A stretch of DNA of 64,000 nucleotides, from NCBI RefSeq assembly GCF_009914755.1, contig NC_060937.1; one strand, given 5' to 3'. The stretch is from the human T2T-CHM13v2.0 reference genome, Homo sapiens. The notes beneath the pieces are model-generated. The model was not told the DNA's origin. It searched no databases and saw only the letters and a list, made by a program, of their open reading frames with translations. The position numbers and the translations under genes were made by a program. Positions 37,893-50,695 of this stretch are shown here, piece after piece (the first letter of the stretch is position 1; each line of letters starts with the position of its first letter).

Positions 37893-39903
37893 ACCTCACT
37901 CGCTGAGCCCCCCCGCCCCGCCTCCCCCCGCCCCGCCTCACTCGCTGAGCCCCCCCGCCCCGCCTCACTCGCTGAGCCCCCCCCGCCCCGCCTCACTCGC
38001 TGAGCCCCCCGCCCCGCCTCACTCGCTGAGCTCCCCCCCCGCCTCACTCGCTGAGCCCCCCCCGCCCCGCCTCACTCGCTGAGCCCCCCCCGCCCCGCCT
38101 CACTCGCTGAGCCCCCCCGCCCCGCCTCACTCGCTGAGCTCCCCCCACCGCCTCACTCGCTGAGCCCCCCCGCCCCGCCTCACTCGCTGAGCCCCCCGCC
38201 CCGCCTCACTCGCTGAGCCCCCCCCGCCCCGCCTCACTCGCTGAGCCCCCCCCGCCCCGCCTCACTCGCTGAGCCCCCCCGCCCCGCCTCACTCGCTGAG
38301 CTCCCCCCCCGCCTCACTCGCTGAGCCCCCCGCCCCGCCTCACTCGCTGAGCTCCCCCCCCGCCTCACTCGCTGAGCCCCCCGCCCCGCCTCACTCGCTG
38401 AGCTCCCCCCCGCCTCACTCGCTGAGCTCCACCCCCCGCCTCACTCGCTGAGCCCCCCGCCCCGCCTCACTCGCTGAGCCCCCCCCCCCGCCCCGCCTCA
38501 CTCGCTGAGCCCCCCCCCGCCCCGCCTCACTCGCTGAGCCCCCCCCGCCCCGCCTCACTCGCTGAGCCCCCCGCCCCGCCTCACTCGCTGAGCTCCCCCC
38601 CCGCCTCACTCGCTGAGCCCCCCCGCCCCGCCTCACTCGCTGAGCCCCCCCGCCCCGCCTCACTCGCTGAGCCCCCCCCGCCCCGCCTCACTCGCTGAGC
38701 CCCCCCCGCCCCGCCTCACTCGCTGAGCCCCCCGCCCCGCCTCACTCGCTGAGCTCCCCCCCCGCCTCACTCGCTGAGCCCCCCGCCCCGCCTCACTCGC
38801 TGAGCTCCCCCCCCGCCTCACTCGCTGAGCCCCCCGCCCCGCCTCACTCGCTGAGCTCCCCCCCCGCCCCGCCTCACTCGCTGAGCTCCCCCCCGCCTCA
38901 CTCGCTGAGCTCCACCCCCCGCCTCACTCGCTGAGCCCCCCGCCCCGCCTCACTCGCTGAGCCCCCCCCCGCCCCGCCTCACTCGCTGAGCCCCCCCCGC
39001 CCCGCCTCACTCGCTGAGCCCCCCCCGCCCCGCCTCACTCGCTGAGCCCCCCCGCCCCGCCTCACTCGCTGAGCTCCCCCCCCGCCTCACTCGCTGAGCT
39101 CCCCCCCCGCCTCACTCGCTGAGCCCCCCGCCCCGCCTCACTCGCTGAGCTCCCCCCCCGCCCCCCCCCCGCCCCGCCTCACTCGCTGAGCTCCCCCCAC
39201 CGCCCCCCCCCCGCCCCGCCTCACTCGCTGAGCTCCCCCCACCGCCTCACTCGCTGAGCCCCCCCGCCCCGCCTCACTCGCTGAGCCCCCCGCCCCGCCT
39301 CACTCGCTGAGCCCCCCCCGCCCCGCCTCACTCGCTGAGCCCCCCCCGCCCCGCCTCACTCGCTGAGCCCCCCGCCCCGCCTCACTCGCTGAGCTCCCCC
39401 CCCGCCTCACTCGCTGAGCCCCCCGCCCCGCCTCACTCGCTGAGCTCCCCCCCCGCCTCACTCGCTGAGCCCCCCGCCCCGCCTCACTCGCTGAGCTCCC
39501 CCCCCGCCCCGCCTCACTCGCTGAGCTCCCCCCCGCCTCACTCGCTGAGCTCCACCCCCCGCCTCACTCGCTGAGCCCCCCGCCCCGCCTCACTCGCTGA
39601 GCCCCCCCCCGCCCCGCCTCACTCGCTGAGCCCCCCGCCCCGCCTCACTCGCTGAGCCCCCCCCGCCCCGCCTCACTCGCTGAGCCCCCCCCGCCCCGCC
39701 TCACTCGCTGAGCCCCCCGCCCCGCCTCACTCGCTGAGCCCCCCCCCCCCGCCTCACTCGCTGAGCTCCCCCCCCGCCTCACTCGCTGAGCCCCCCCGCC
39801 CCGCCTCACTCGCTGAGCCCCCCCCGCCCCGCCTCACTCGCTGAGCCCCCCGCCCCGCCTCACTCGCTGAGCCCCCCCCCCGCCTCACTCGCTGAGCCCC
39901 CCG
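37893..39903. repeat. ~24-30 bp C-rich VNTR, ~2 kb, ~75 units (gcctcactcgctgagcccccccgcccc)
   Basis: Direct inspection. Confidence 0.97.
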
Positions 39904-40929
39904 CCCTCCCACCGGCAGCCCTGGGCGGGCGCCTTTGACTTCAAGGGTCCGGAGTGGGGGCTCTGTCCTCTCCTCTGACGACCGCTGCGTGGCTCTTGCA
40001 TAACCTCCCCTTTCCCCCACAACACGAACCTCAGTTTTGAGTCTCACAGGAATAAAGCCACATGAAAGCAAAAACTTCTTAAAACTGAGTTGGGCAATAT
40101 ATTTCAGTGAAAAGGGATAAATCTTCAGACTCCAAGACGCATTCAGCTGGACAGGAGGGTCAGTTTTGAAGTCTGAAGTTTTAAATACTTGCAATGTCAC
40201 TGTGTCTTCACATTTTTATGAGCTGAAACTGGGACGGGAGAAGTCACATATTTACGTGGATAAGAATCTTGTAACTGGCACATGATTACAAGTCTTTAAT
40301 TTTAGAAGTACTTCACTTAATTTTTTAATAGGTAACACAGAAACAGAACAAAATCCACAACATTCAAAAGGATTTAAAATCCCTTCGAGAAGGGATCCCT
40401 GCCCCTGCCACCTCATTCCCGACGTGGGGTCACTTTTGTCACCAGCCCCCAACCTTTCCTTCTAGAAGCCAGCCACATTCAACAATGGGGACCGTGGACA
40501 TTTGAAGCATGCGTGTTCGTATCTCCAGATGCTGACCTGAGAGAATGCCTGATCTAAAAGCCACGGCGTCTACTTAAATTTCTCTGATGTGCCTAATCCA
40601 CAGGGTTGTCCCCATCTATTTGAGTCACACCGAAAAGTTTACCGAACACTCTGGGCCTCCCTTTCTCACTTGGGCAAAGGCGGCTGCCTTCTCACCACGA
40701 GAGGCCGGAAGGGTCACTTTCTTCTGCTGCATCTGTGCTGGCCAGGCCCGTTCAGAAAGGAGGAGCCAGGGGTCTGGAGGGCATCAGACGGGGGACCAGC
40801 TGCAGAGGGACCAGAAAAAGGGGAAACAGCCACAGGACACAACTGAGCAAGAGCTGCCCGAGACAGGGAATGCGGCTGAAATGCGCACGCCTCCCTCTGA
40901 CCCCACCTGTGTCCCAGCCAGGGCCACGA

Positions 40930-43380
40930 GGAAAAAACAAAGGCCATACAGATCCCAAAGGAAGAAATAAAAGCCTTTATTCATAGAATGTACAAAAAAA
41001 AATCTACAGGCAAAGCTAATAGAACTAATTGGTGTGTTCAGCAAGAACAGAGAACACAAAGTCAGTGTGGAGACGTCGACTGCGTTTGTACATACAAGCA
41101 ATGACCATGAAAATTACACAAAAACAGCACCTTTCACAAAATTATGCTTTTAGGTTTGTGCTTTTGGTGGACTACCTCAGAAATCTTTAACCACTCCACT
41201 AAACACATAAAACACAGGGAAATAAATGTTTTTAAATGTGCAAAATGTGTAGGCTGAAAACACATCACAAAACACTGATGAGAGAAATTGGAAAGACCCA
41301 AGCGTGTGGAAAGATATACCATGTCCATGGATTTGAAGACTCAGTTTTGTTAAGATATTAATTCTCCCCAAATTAATCTATAGATCAATGTAATCCCAGT
41401 CAAAATTCCTGTGGGACTATTTTGGAAATTGAGAAGCTCATTCAAAAGTATATATGGCAATTCAAAGCATCTAGAATAGAAAAACAAGTTTAAGAACAAA
41501 TTTGATGATCTTACACTACAATGTAAGACCTGCTATGAAGCTATAGTGATCAAGACTGCGTGGTATTGGCATGAGGACAGGTGGATCAATATGACACACA
41601 GCAGGCGAGCCCCAAATTGGGGCTTAGCCTCAGAGGGTCTGTAGCTTCACTCAGGAAAGAATTCGAGAATGAGGTGGTGGTGGAAGAAAACAGTTTTATG
41701 GAGGCGGCAGTGGCAGCTCTGAAACTGCTCCTGCACAGCAGGACTCCCCACGGGCGGGGTGCTGACAGTCTCAGCCGTTCCTGCAGAGAAGGGTTCCCCA
41801 TAGGCGGGGTGTTGAGAGTGGCACCTCCGGGCACTGCTGCAGTCTTATTTATCCTCACTTTTAACTATATGTCAATTAAAAGATTATGCAGACATTTCTA
41901 GAAAAAGGGTGGTAATTTCCGAGTCACGGGGTTGTTCCTATGGAAAGGGGTGGTAACCTCCAGGCGTTGCCATGGCAATGGTAAGGTGACATGGTACACT
42001 GGCAGGCGTGTCCGATGGAAAGCTGCTTCCACCCATCCCTGTCTCAGCTAGTCCTCAATTTGGTTCGGTGTCCGAGCCCTGCCTTCAGAGTCCAGTCCCG
42101 CCTCCTACCTCAGATGGAAGAGAATACAGAGGCCACAAACAGACCCACACAATGCAGCCAACTAAGCTGTAAATGTGCCAAAGTCATCAACGGAGGAAGG
42201 GTCGTCTTTCAGCCAAGGGCGCCGGAACAAAGGGATGTCTACATGGAAAAAACAGAATCCCGACCCTTTTCTTTGTGCTATAAGTGAAAATTAGCTTGAA
42301 ACAGATCATGGAACTAAATGTGAACGCTGAAAGCACATGCTTTCCAGGAGAAAACCGCCACAACCGTGGAATAGGCAAGACTTTCTTAGACATGACACCA
42401 CAGGTACAAATCATACAAGAAAAAAATGTGATAAACTGGACCATCGAAATTAAAAACTTCTGTTCTTCAAAGCCAATGGTAAGAAAATGAAATACAAGCC
42501 ACAAACTGGAAGAAAATATTTGCAAAGCACACTTGTGATAGACTCGTATCCAGAATATACAGGGAACTTTAAAAAGTAACAAGAAAACAACCCAATTAAA
42601 AGGGCAAAAGATTTGAACAATGTACTAAAGAAGGAATGGAGCTGTCACTAAGCCCAAGAAAAGGTCCTCGACGCCACTCTTCACGGACACGCAATAAAAG
42701 CCACAGTGAGACAGTGCACACCTATGGGAGTGCAAACGGTAACTAGAGAATAAAAACTCACAGTCCTAAGGGCCGGGCAGGATGCGAAACACCTGCTGCT
42801 CTCACCCGCTGCTGGAGAGAAGGCAGACTGGGTGACCACTTGGAGACACGGTTGGGTAGTTTTAATGAAAGTAAACACACACCCTACAGTGACCCAGCAA
42901 CCTCGCTCCCACGCATTTATCTCAGAGTAAGAAACAGAAACATTGTCCACACAAAGACCTATCCGAGAATGTTTACGGTGACTTTATTCATAATTCCTGA
43001 GGATTAGACACAATCCAGAGGGTGGATGAGGCGGCTGAGCTGTGTCTGTATGATGGAAACCCACGGGCAGTGGAAGGGGGCGGCCTGGCTCACAGCCGCA
43101 CAGCGCGGGACCAGCGCAGTGGCAGAGGGCACGGCCCCTCCAGGGTTTGAGTCACGTGGCCTCCTGGAAAAGGCAACTGTGGGAACCGGCCTCAGAGCAG
43201 TGGCTGCCCGGGGCTGTGGGCCAGGGTAGGAAATCCACCCCAAAGGGGCCCAAAGGAGTGTTCCGGGCTGTGGGAACATATCTTAGCTGTGCTGCTGTCT
43301 ACACAACTGCATACACTGGTGAAGGCTACACCTAACAGTGAACTTTACCATATGTCAGTTGCAGACCACCTGATTTATAC
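40930..43380 (+). mobile_element. Old L1M fragments (ORF2 3' part to 3'UTR), interrupted by an LTR
   Basis: tggaaagatataccatgtccatggatttgaagactcag...ttctccccaaattaatctataga; aattaaaaacttctgttcttcaaa; gtatccagaatatacaggga. Confidence 0.8.
41592..42112 (-). mobile_element. ERV1 MER4-group solo LTR (MER50/MER83-like), same orientation as RASA3
   Basis: Minus strand begins TGAGGTAGGAGGCGGGACTGGACTC and ends ggctaagccccaatttggggctcgcctg...TCA; L1 sequence resumes on both sides; family name from memory. Confidence 0.75.
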
Positions 43381-43398
43381 ACAAAGAACGGAGGTCTC

Positions 43399-44057
<659 letters not shown>

Positions 44058-47000
44058 TCACGGCCCTGCAGCTGGGAGCCCGGCTTGACTGACAGTTCCC
44101 GCCGGCAGCAGCGCTCTGTGGGCCATGGACCCAGGGACAGAGGAGGCTACGGTCACGCCGCCCGGGACCCGCCGACACTGGACACTTCTCCTGCTCCTGC
44201 TGCGGCGGGAGCTGACTGCAGCCGGTGGAGGTGCCGGGGTGGGCTGGGGAGGGCTGAGGGCAGGCCTTTATTTCCCCAAGTCTCACTTGCCGGGGCGCCG
44301 TATCCCGGCACGGCTTCAGCTGCCTTTCTCGGTTTCTGTCGCCACCGCCCTCCCCCTCCAGGCTGAAGATGCCCTCCCGTCCCCAACCCACACCCCCGAC
44401 CCCATAGGAATGCACCCCCACTTCCTTCTGGCACCTGCCAGTGCACCTCTCACTCCTGGACCTGAACTTGCAACTGAGCACAGCTGTGGCTGCCCCAAGG
44501 GAAACTTGCTGGCAGGTGGGGTTTCCTCAGGGCGTGGGCGGCTGCTAGAAACGAGAACCAGGAGAACCACGCAGCCAGGAAGCCAGTGGCCACCGCGCAC
44601 TTCCACCCAGAAACGCATTCCCCAGAACCTGGTGTTTCATGCCCGGTAACAACATAATTACCATCATAAAGATAAATCGTTACCGGAGATCCAGACAGCC
44701 ACCCATTTTCATAGCTGCGAAAGCCACAGTGAAACATCTAAGTCCAGTCACCATAATCGTAAAGCCACCAAGAACTACTAGCAGACGACGTCAACAGAAT
44801 GATTAATAAACATCTTATTTGGTTATTTTCAGAGCATATAACTCCAGAACTAACTTGATCAGCTTCTCTTACTAAAATGTGCAAAAATTTTTTAAATTTC
44901 TTTTTCCTTAGGGTTGTCGCTCAAAAAATGTCTCATACACCTTCGAGAACGAATCAAGTCCCTGTGGATTCTCGAGTATAAACGGAGCTGGTGACGAGGC
45001 CTGACACACGGTCACACCTCAATTCGCGCGTGGCGCCCGGCACAGGCTGAGCCCCGCCAGATACACCATTAGCCTCCGCTGAATAATCTGGATTCCATGC
45101 CTCCCTTTCTTCTGAGAACACCCTTGGAGGCCCCTGGCCGGGGCTGAGAACACAGGAGCGAGACACAGGCCTGCCCTGCAGGACCATGGGCTCCAGGAAG
45201 CTCTGTCCAGTGGACACAGCACAACAGGCAAGAGAACCACAACCAACGAGTGGGGCAGGGGAGGCAGGTCACGGAGGGCAGCCCACCCATGCCGCGGGGT
45301 CGGAGGCCATCTCCTGCAGCAGGCCCCAGTCCCAGAGGTGGGCATGGCAGGACATGGGGATGGAGAAGGAGGTGCCTCAGGAGTGGGGTGCACAGCGGCT
45401 GAGCCCGGAGGCAGGAGGGAGAACTGCCAGCCACTAGCCCTGGAGCCGATGCCCTGGTCAGAGGGAGAGAGGAAGAGGGAACCCTTCCGCAGCACCCAGC
45501 TTGAACGCGACATAAAGCTATGGGCCTGAACCTGAGGGCCTCCCAGGCAGACACTGAGCAAGGGGGTGCAGGGGTCACGCTGGACCCTCAAGACCATCTC
45601 ACCGACAAGGCTCCATGAAGCCCAGCACAGCAAGACCCTGAAGGGGGGTCAGGTGCCCGCTGCACTCAGACACCTTCTGCAGCCGCATTTCAGGGCCAGG
45701 GTGTCCGCTGCGGAAGCACCCAGCACAGTGTTCCCGCTCAAAATGAAGTCAAATGTCAATTATCTGAGATCCATGTGACCCATTCCATGTATTTTCTAAA
45801 CAAACTCTGGAGACTTCTATGAAAAGCACAGCAGTTTCTAAGAATAATCACTTGGGTACAGTGAACAACAGTCCCAAAAATGTCCGGGTCCCAACCCCTG
45901 CAATGGTGAGGGGGCACTGGCCTTATCAATGCCAGGTGAGGCCCTGCCCGGCCCCGAGGGCCTCTCACCCAGCCAAGCCCCTCTCAATGCCAGGCAGAGA
46001 GCAAGACTGGTCAGGATAGGCATCTCATCTCTGTCAGGGGACTTGCTGTGGAGGCCCGGGACATGGCAGAGTGCAGACAGCCTACGCGTTACCTACTAGC
46101 CCGTTTCTCTCATGCCCCCTCTCTCTCTCAACGTCGTGCTGACACACACTAGCTGCCGGCCGCCCAGTGGGGACAGGCTGGGTTTTAGGACACTCAAGCT
46201 CTGAGGTGGACCTTTGGCCGTGCCTCTCACTTCTGTGTGCCAAGCACTGGGAATGGATCAGATCACAGATCCTGGTCCATGGCTCACAAACAGAGGAACA
46301 GGGACGATGAAGAAAGCCCACAGCTGAGGGACACAGGTGAGCGCTGGGGAAAGGGGGCAGCCGGCGTGGGGTGGAGCGGCCGTGACACGGTGTGAGGAGC
46401 CAGTGTGAGCAGCGAGCGTCAGATGGACGCGGACCCCGCCCACGCACAGCACCCTCGTGGCCTCGCTGGCCTCCTGCACCCCCGGGCCCTCAGGCTGCCT
46501 GGGGCCAAGCTGGGGGTCCCCCTGGGGGACTCCTCCTCTCGCCCTGTCCCACTCAGCATCCCGGCAGCCATGAAGACGAGGAGCCTGCACCACCTGGGGT
46601 CTGGGTTCAGGCTGTGGCAGCCAGTACACACTGGCTCCCCGGCCGCCCGTCCTGGGCGTGAGCTCAGGCGCCACAGGACCCCTCCTCCCTTCCTGGCTCT
46701 CCCAGCGTCACGGCGGGAATTAGCCTGATCCCTCAGCCTCCCACGCCTGCTGCGTGAGGTCTGCTCCTGACGGGGTCCTCTGGCTGCATTTAGGAACAAG
46801 GAGCTCCCCGAGTAACCTGAAGTCCACTCTGCCCAGAGGCCCCACAACTTACAGGATGCCGCCTTCCTGTGATACCAGGCAGGGCTGCCCATGAGCTTTC
46901 TCCAAGAGCAGCCCCACCCCTGCTCCAAACACACCATCTCCTGGAAGTAACAGTATTGCCCCAAAAACCAGGGGGAAACTGAGGCAACATGCCCCCACCC

Positions 47001-47417
47001 CCACCCGCCCTTCCTGTGCCCACACTGTGGGGACTAAAGTTGGGACAGGGACAGCCAAGATGTGGTGAGGAGGGAGGCCCCACATCCATGCAAAGGTCCC
47101 CCCACAGATGCCCCGGGGAACAGCCCTGGGAAGTTGTCTGAAGAGGGCCAGGGATGCTGTGCTCTTGCCTTGAGGGGCCACGGAAGCCTCGACTGGCAGT
47201 GCTCACTGACCTGAGCCTGGTGTGATGCTCTAGCAGGGACCACAGATGCCAGGCCAGATCCCAAGAGCAGATCAGGAGGAACACCCAGGGCTGCTGTGAC
47301 CTCAAGCCCTGCAGCGACCCCTCAGCACCATCCAGCCAGGCTCTGGACTGAAATGCTAATACTCGCCTGGTACAGAACAGGCAGAAAAGGGGAAGTAAAT
47401 GCTCATTCATCACCTAC

Positions 47418-47521
47418 CTATGATGGAATCCCTCCGGAAAACGTCTCTATCGAAAATGTAGAAGGACAGGTGACGAAAGCTCCGAGGAATTTCACAGTAA
47501 AAGTCTTCTCCGTAAAACGGG
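47418..47521 (-). CDS. RASA3: RASA3 exon 3 (104 nt; C2A: [34 protein letters not shown])
   Basis: ttgtctcactag|C CCG TTT TAC ... ATC ATA G|gtaggt; read manually, not in ORF track. Confidence 0.95.
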
Positions 47522-47971
47522 CTAGTGAGACAAAGAAAAGCGCCAGTTATAACACAGGCCACGCTTGCGCCTCACCCCCGGGGCACACACGTGTGGTCTT
47601 AGTTTTAAACATGCCATAAGAATGCCCTGCACTGTGTGGCATGCATGAGACATGAACCTGCAGCTCCCTGTGGGGTGAAGGGCCTCGTAGCTGCTCCCCG
47701 GCCTCCACCTCGAGCCTTTGCACTGCACAGATGAACTTCTGTACTGGGCTGCCTGGCGGCCCGGAAGCTGAGACCTCCACAGAGACCACGGCCACTGCCA
47801 GAATGACTTCCATGCTACGTGCTCAGGTCTAGGTGCAGCCTCAGGGCCATCGTGATGTTTCGAAGGTACCTGGTTTGGGGCAGGCAGTGGCTCCCTTTAT
47901 GCATTAAACATAAAACACAGCACTCCAGTGCCTTGGACCGCTCCTTTTATCCAGAGATCCAGTACAAAGTC

Positions 47972-48625
47972 CTGACTGCCCAGCCGCCCTCACTCCTCGG
48001 GGAGAGACCCCCGCTGCTGACTGTACTTAGAGTCCTCGCTCCTGGGGGAGAGGCCCCCGCTGCTGACTGTGCTTAGAGTCCTCGCTCCTGGGGGAGAGAT
48101 CCCCGCTGCTGACTGTGCTTAGAGTCCTGGCTCCTGGGGGAGAGACCCCCGCTGCTGACTGTACTTAGAGTCCTCGCTCCTGGGGGAGAAATCCCCACTG
48201 CTGACTGTGCGTAGAGTCCTCGCTCCTGGGGGAGAGACCCCCGCTGCTGACTGTGCTTAGAGTCCTGGCTCCTGGGGAAGAGACCCCCACTGCTGACTGT
48301 GCTTAGAGTCCTCGCTCCTGGGGGAGAGGCCCCCGCCGCTGACTGTACTTAAAGTCCTTGCTCCCGGAGGAGAGGCCCCTGCTGCTGACTGCCCAGCCGC
48401 CCTTGCTCCTGGGGGAGAGGACCCCTCTGCTGACTGTGCTTAGAGTCCTGGCTCCTGGGGGAGAGACCCCCGCTGCTGACTGTACTTAAGAGTCCTCACT
48501 ACTGGGGGAGAGGCCCCCGCTGCTGACTGTACTTAAAGTCCTTGCTCCCGGAGGAGAGGCCCCTGCTGCTGACTGCCCAGCCGCCCTTGCTCCTGGGGGA
48601 GAGGACCCCGCTGCTGACTGTGCTT
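47972..48625. repeat. 46 bp VNTR, ~13 units (gctgctgactgtrcttagagtcctcgctcctgggggagagaccccc)
   Basis: Direct inspection. Confidence 0.92.
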
Positions 48626-49089
48626 ACAGAGTGCATGGCTCAGGCCGCCCATGCGTGAGTCACCAGGAGATGCAGCCGCCCCACAGAGGAGACTTGAAAT
48701 AACCACAACCCCAATAAAGAAGCAGAAGCCAGTGGGCTTTGCCATTCAGCAAACCTTCCTGTTGTCCTGGGCTGGCACAGGTGGGGTTAGTTTCCTCCCC
48801 ACGCCGGACCTGTTGGCGATTACTGCGGTGCACGCACAGCTACCACCAACTCAGAACTTAAAACAAGCCCACTTTCATGCACATTGATGCTAAGGTCCAA
48901 AATAGGAAAGATGTAAGTTATTCAAGGAGGAACCATTCTGATAGAAAGCAAAGGAAGGTCAACGTGCTGGGCCAGGGGGCGTCCACACAGTCACCAACGG
49001 CACAGGCCCCACCCCAGCCACACACAGAAATGAGCTCAGACCCCGCACCCATCTGTAAGGGTGTAAGGGTTGGAGCTACTAGCCTCTCA

Positions 49090-49582
<493 letters not shown>

Positions 49583-50339
49583 CTAGAAAAAATATTAGTA
49601 AGTCAGTTATCTGATAAAAGACTTATATACAGAATATATAAAGAACTCTTATGACTCAATAAATGATGACAAATAATTCAGTTTAAAAAGGGGCAAAAGA
49701 TTTGAACACACATATCACCAAAGACAAATGGCCAACAATGTATTAAAAATGCTCCATGTCATTAGCCCTTGAGAAAATGCAAATTAAACCAGGAGATACG
49801 GCACAGGCATAAGCCCAAACCTGGGGCGGGGGACTGTTGCTGCCCCCGGAGCCCAGGTGGGAGGGGCCCAGAGTCCAGGTGGGAGGGGCCCAGAGTCCAG
49901 GTGGGAGGGGTCCAGAGTCCAGGCCCCACCCCTTCTCCCTGCAGCGGCCTTAATGACAGGCATTTCATTTGGATTTCACTGATTTCAGTATTTTTATAAC
50001 TGGGTCAGAGACTGGGTAACATTTACTCAGAAAACCATTTTTTGTCATAAAACAATCTTCCAAGGGAAGCCTAAAATGCCTAGGTTGTTTTAAGCATTTT
50101 GGAAACACAGCAGTATCCATTTACACACAAAAGAAACATCACTTTATCTTTCAATGAAAGCAGAATGCTCAGGGACTTCCACCGACTCCATTGTAGCAGC
50201 ATCCTGGTTAATGAAGGCCCATTAGAAAGTCACGTTTCCTTTAAACACATTCTCGCGTTGGTCGTTGACGCAGCGAGCCATCCTCTGATCTCCTGCGTCT
50301 GCGTGGGCACCGCCGAGATCTGATGTCAGGGACCCCCAG

Positions 50340-50695
50340 GGGTGTGTGTGCCCACAGGCATGTGTGTGTGGGTGTGTGCACGTGTGTGCCCATGGGTGTG
50401 TGCACGTGTGTGCCCATGGGTGCGTGTGCCCACAGGCATGTGTGTGGGTGTGTGCATGCATGTGCCTGTACGTGTGTGCCCACAGGCACGTGTTTGTGTG
50501 TGCATGTGTGTGCCCGTATGTGTGTCCCCACAGGCATGTGTGCATGTTCATGTGCATGTGTGTGCCCACAGGCACGTGTGCATGGGTGTGTGCATGCATG
50601 TGCCATGCATGTGCCCATACATGTGTGCTCACAGGCATGTGTGCATGTTCATGCGTGCATGCATGTGCCCTGGAGCACTTGGGTGCACATGTACA
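50340..50695. repeat. TG-rich degenerate repeat (gtgtgtgcccacaggcatgt)
   Basis: Direct inspection. Confidence 0.88.

Noticed and set aside
37893-39903. Resemblance of CTCACTCGCTGAG to AAV ITR Rep-binding sequence
   Set aside because: There are no tandem GAGC tetramers, no ITR hairpin and no viral ORFs; the similarity is too short.
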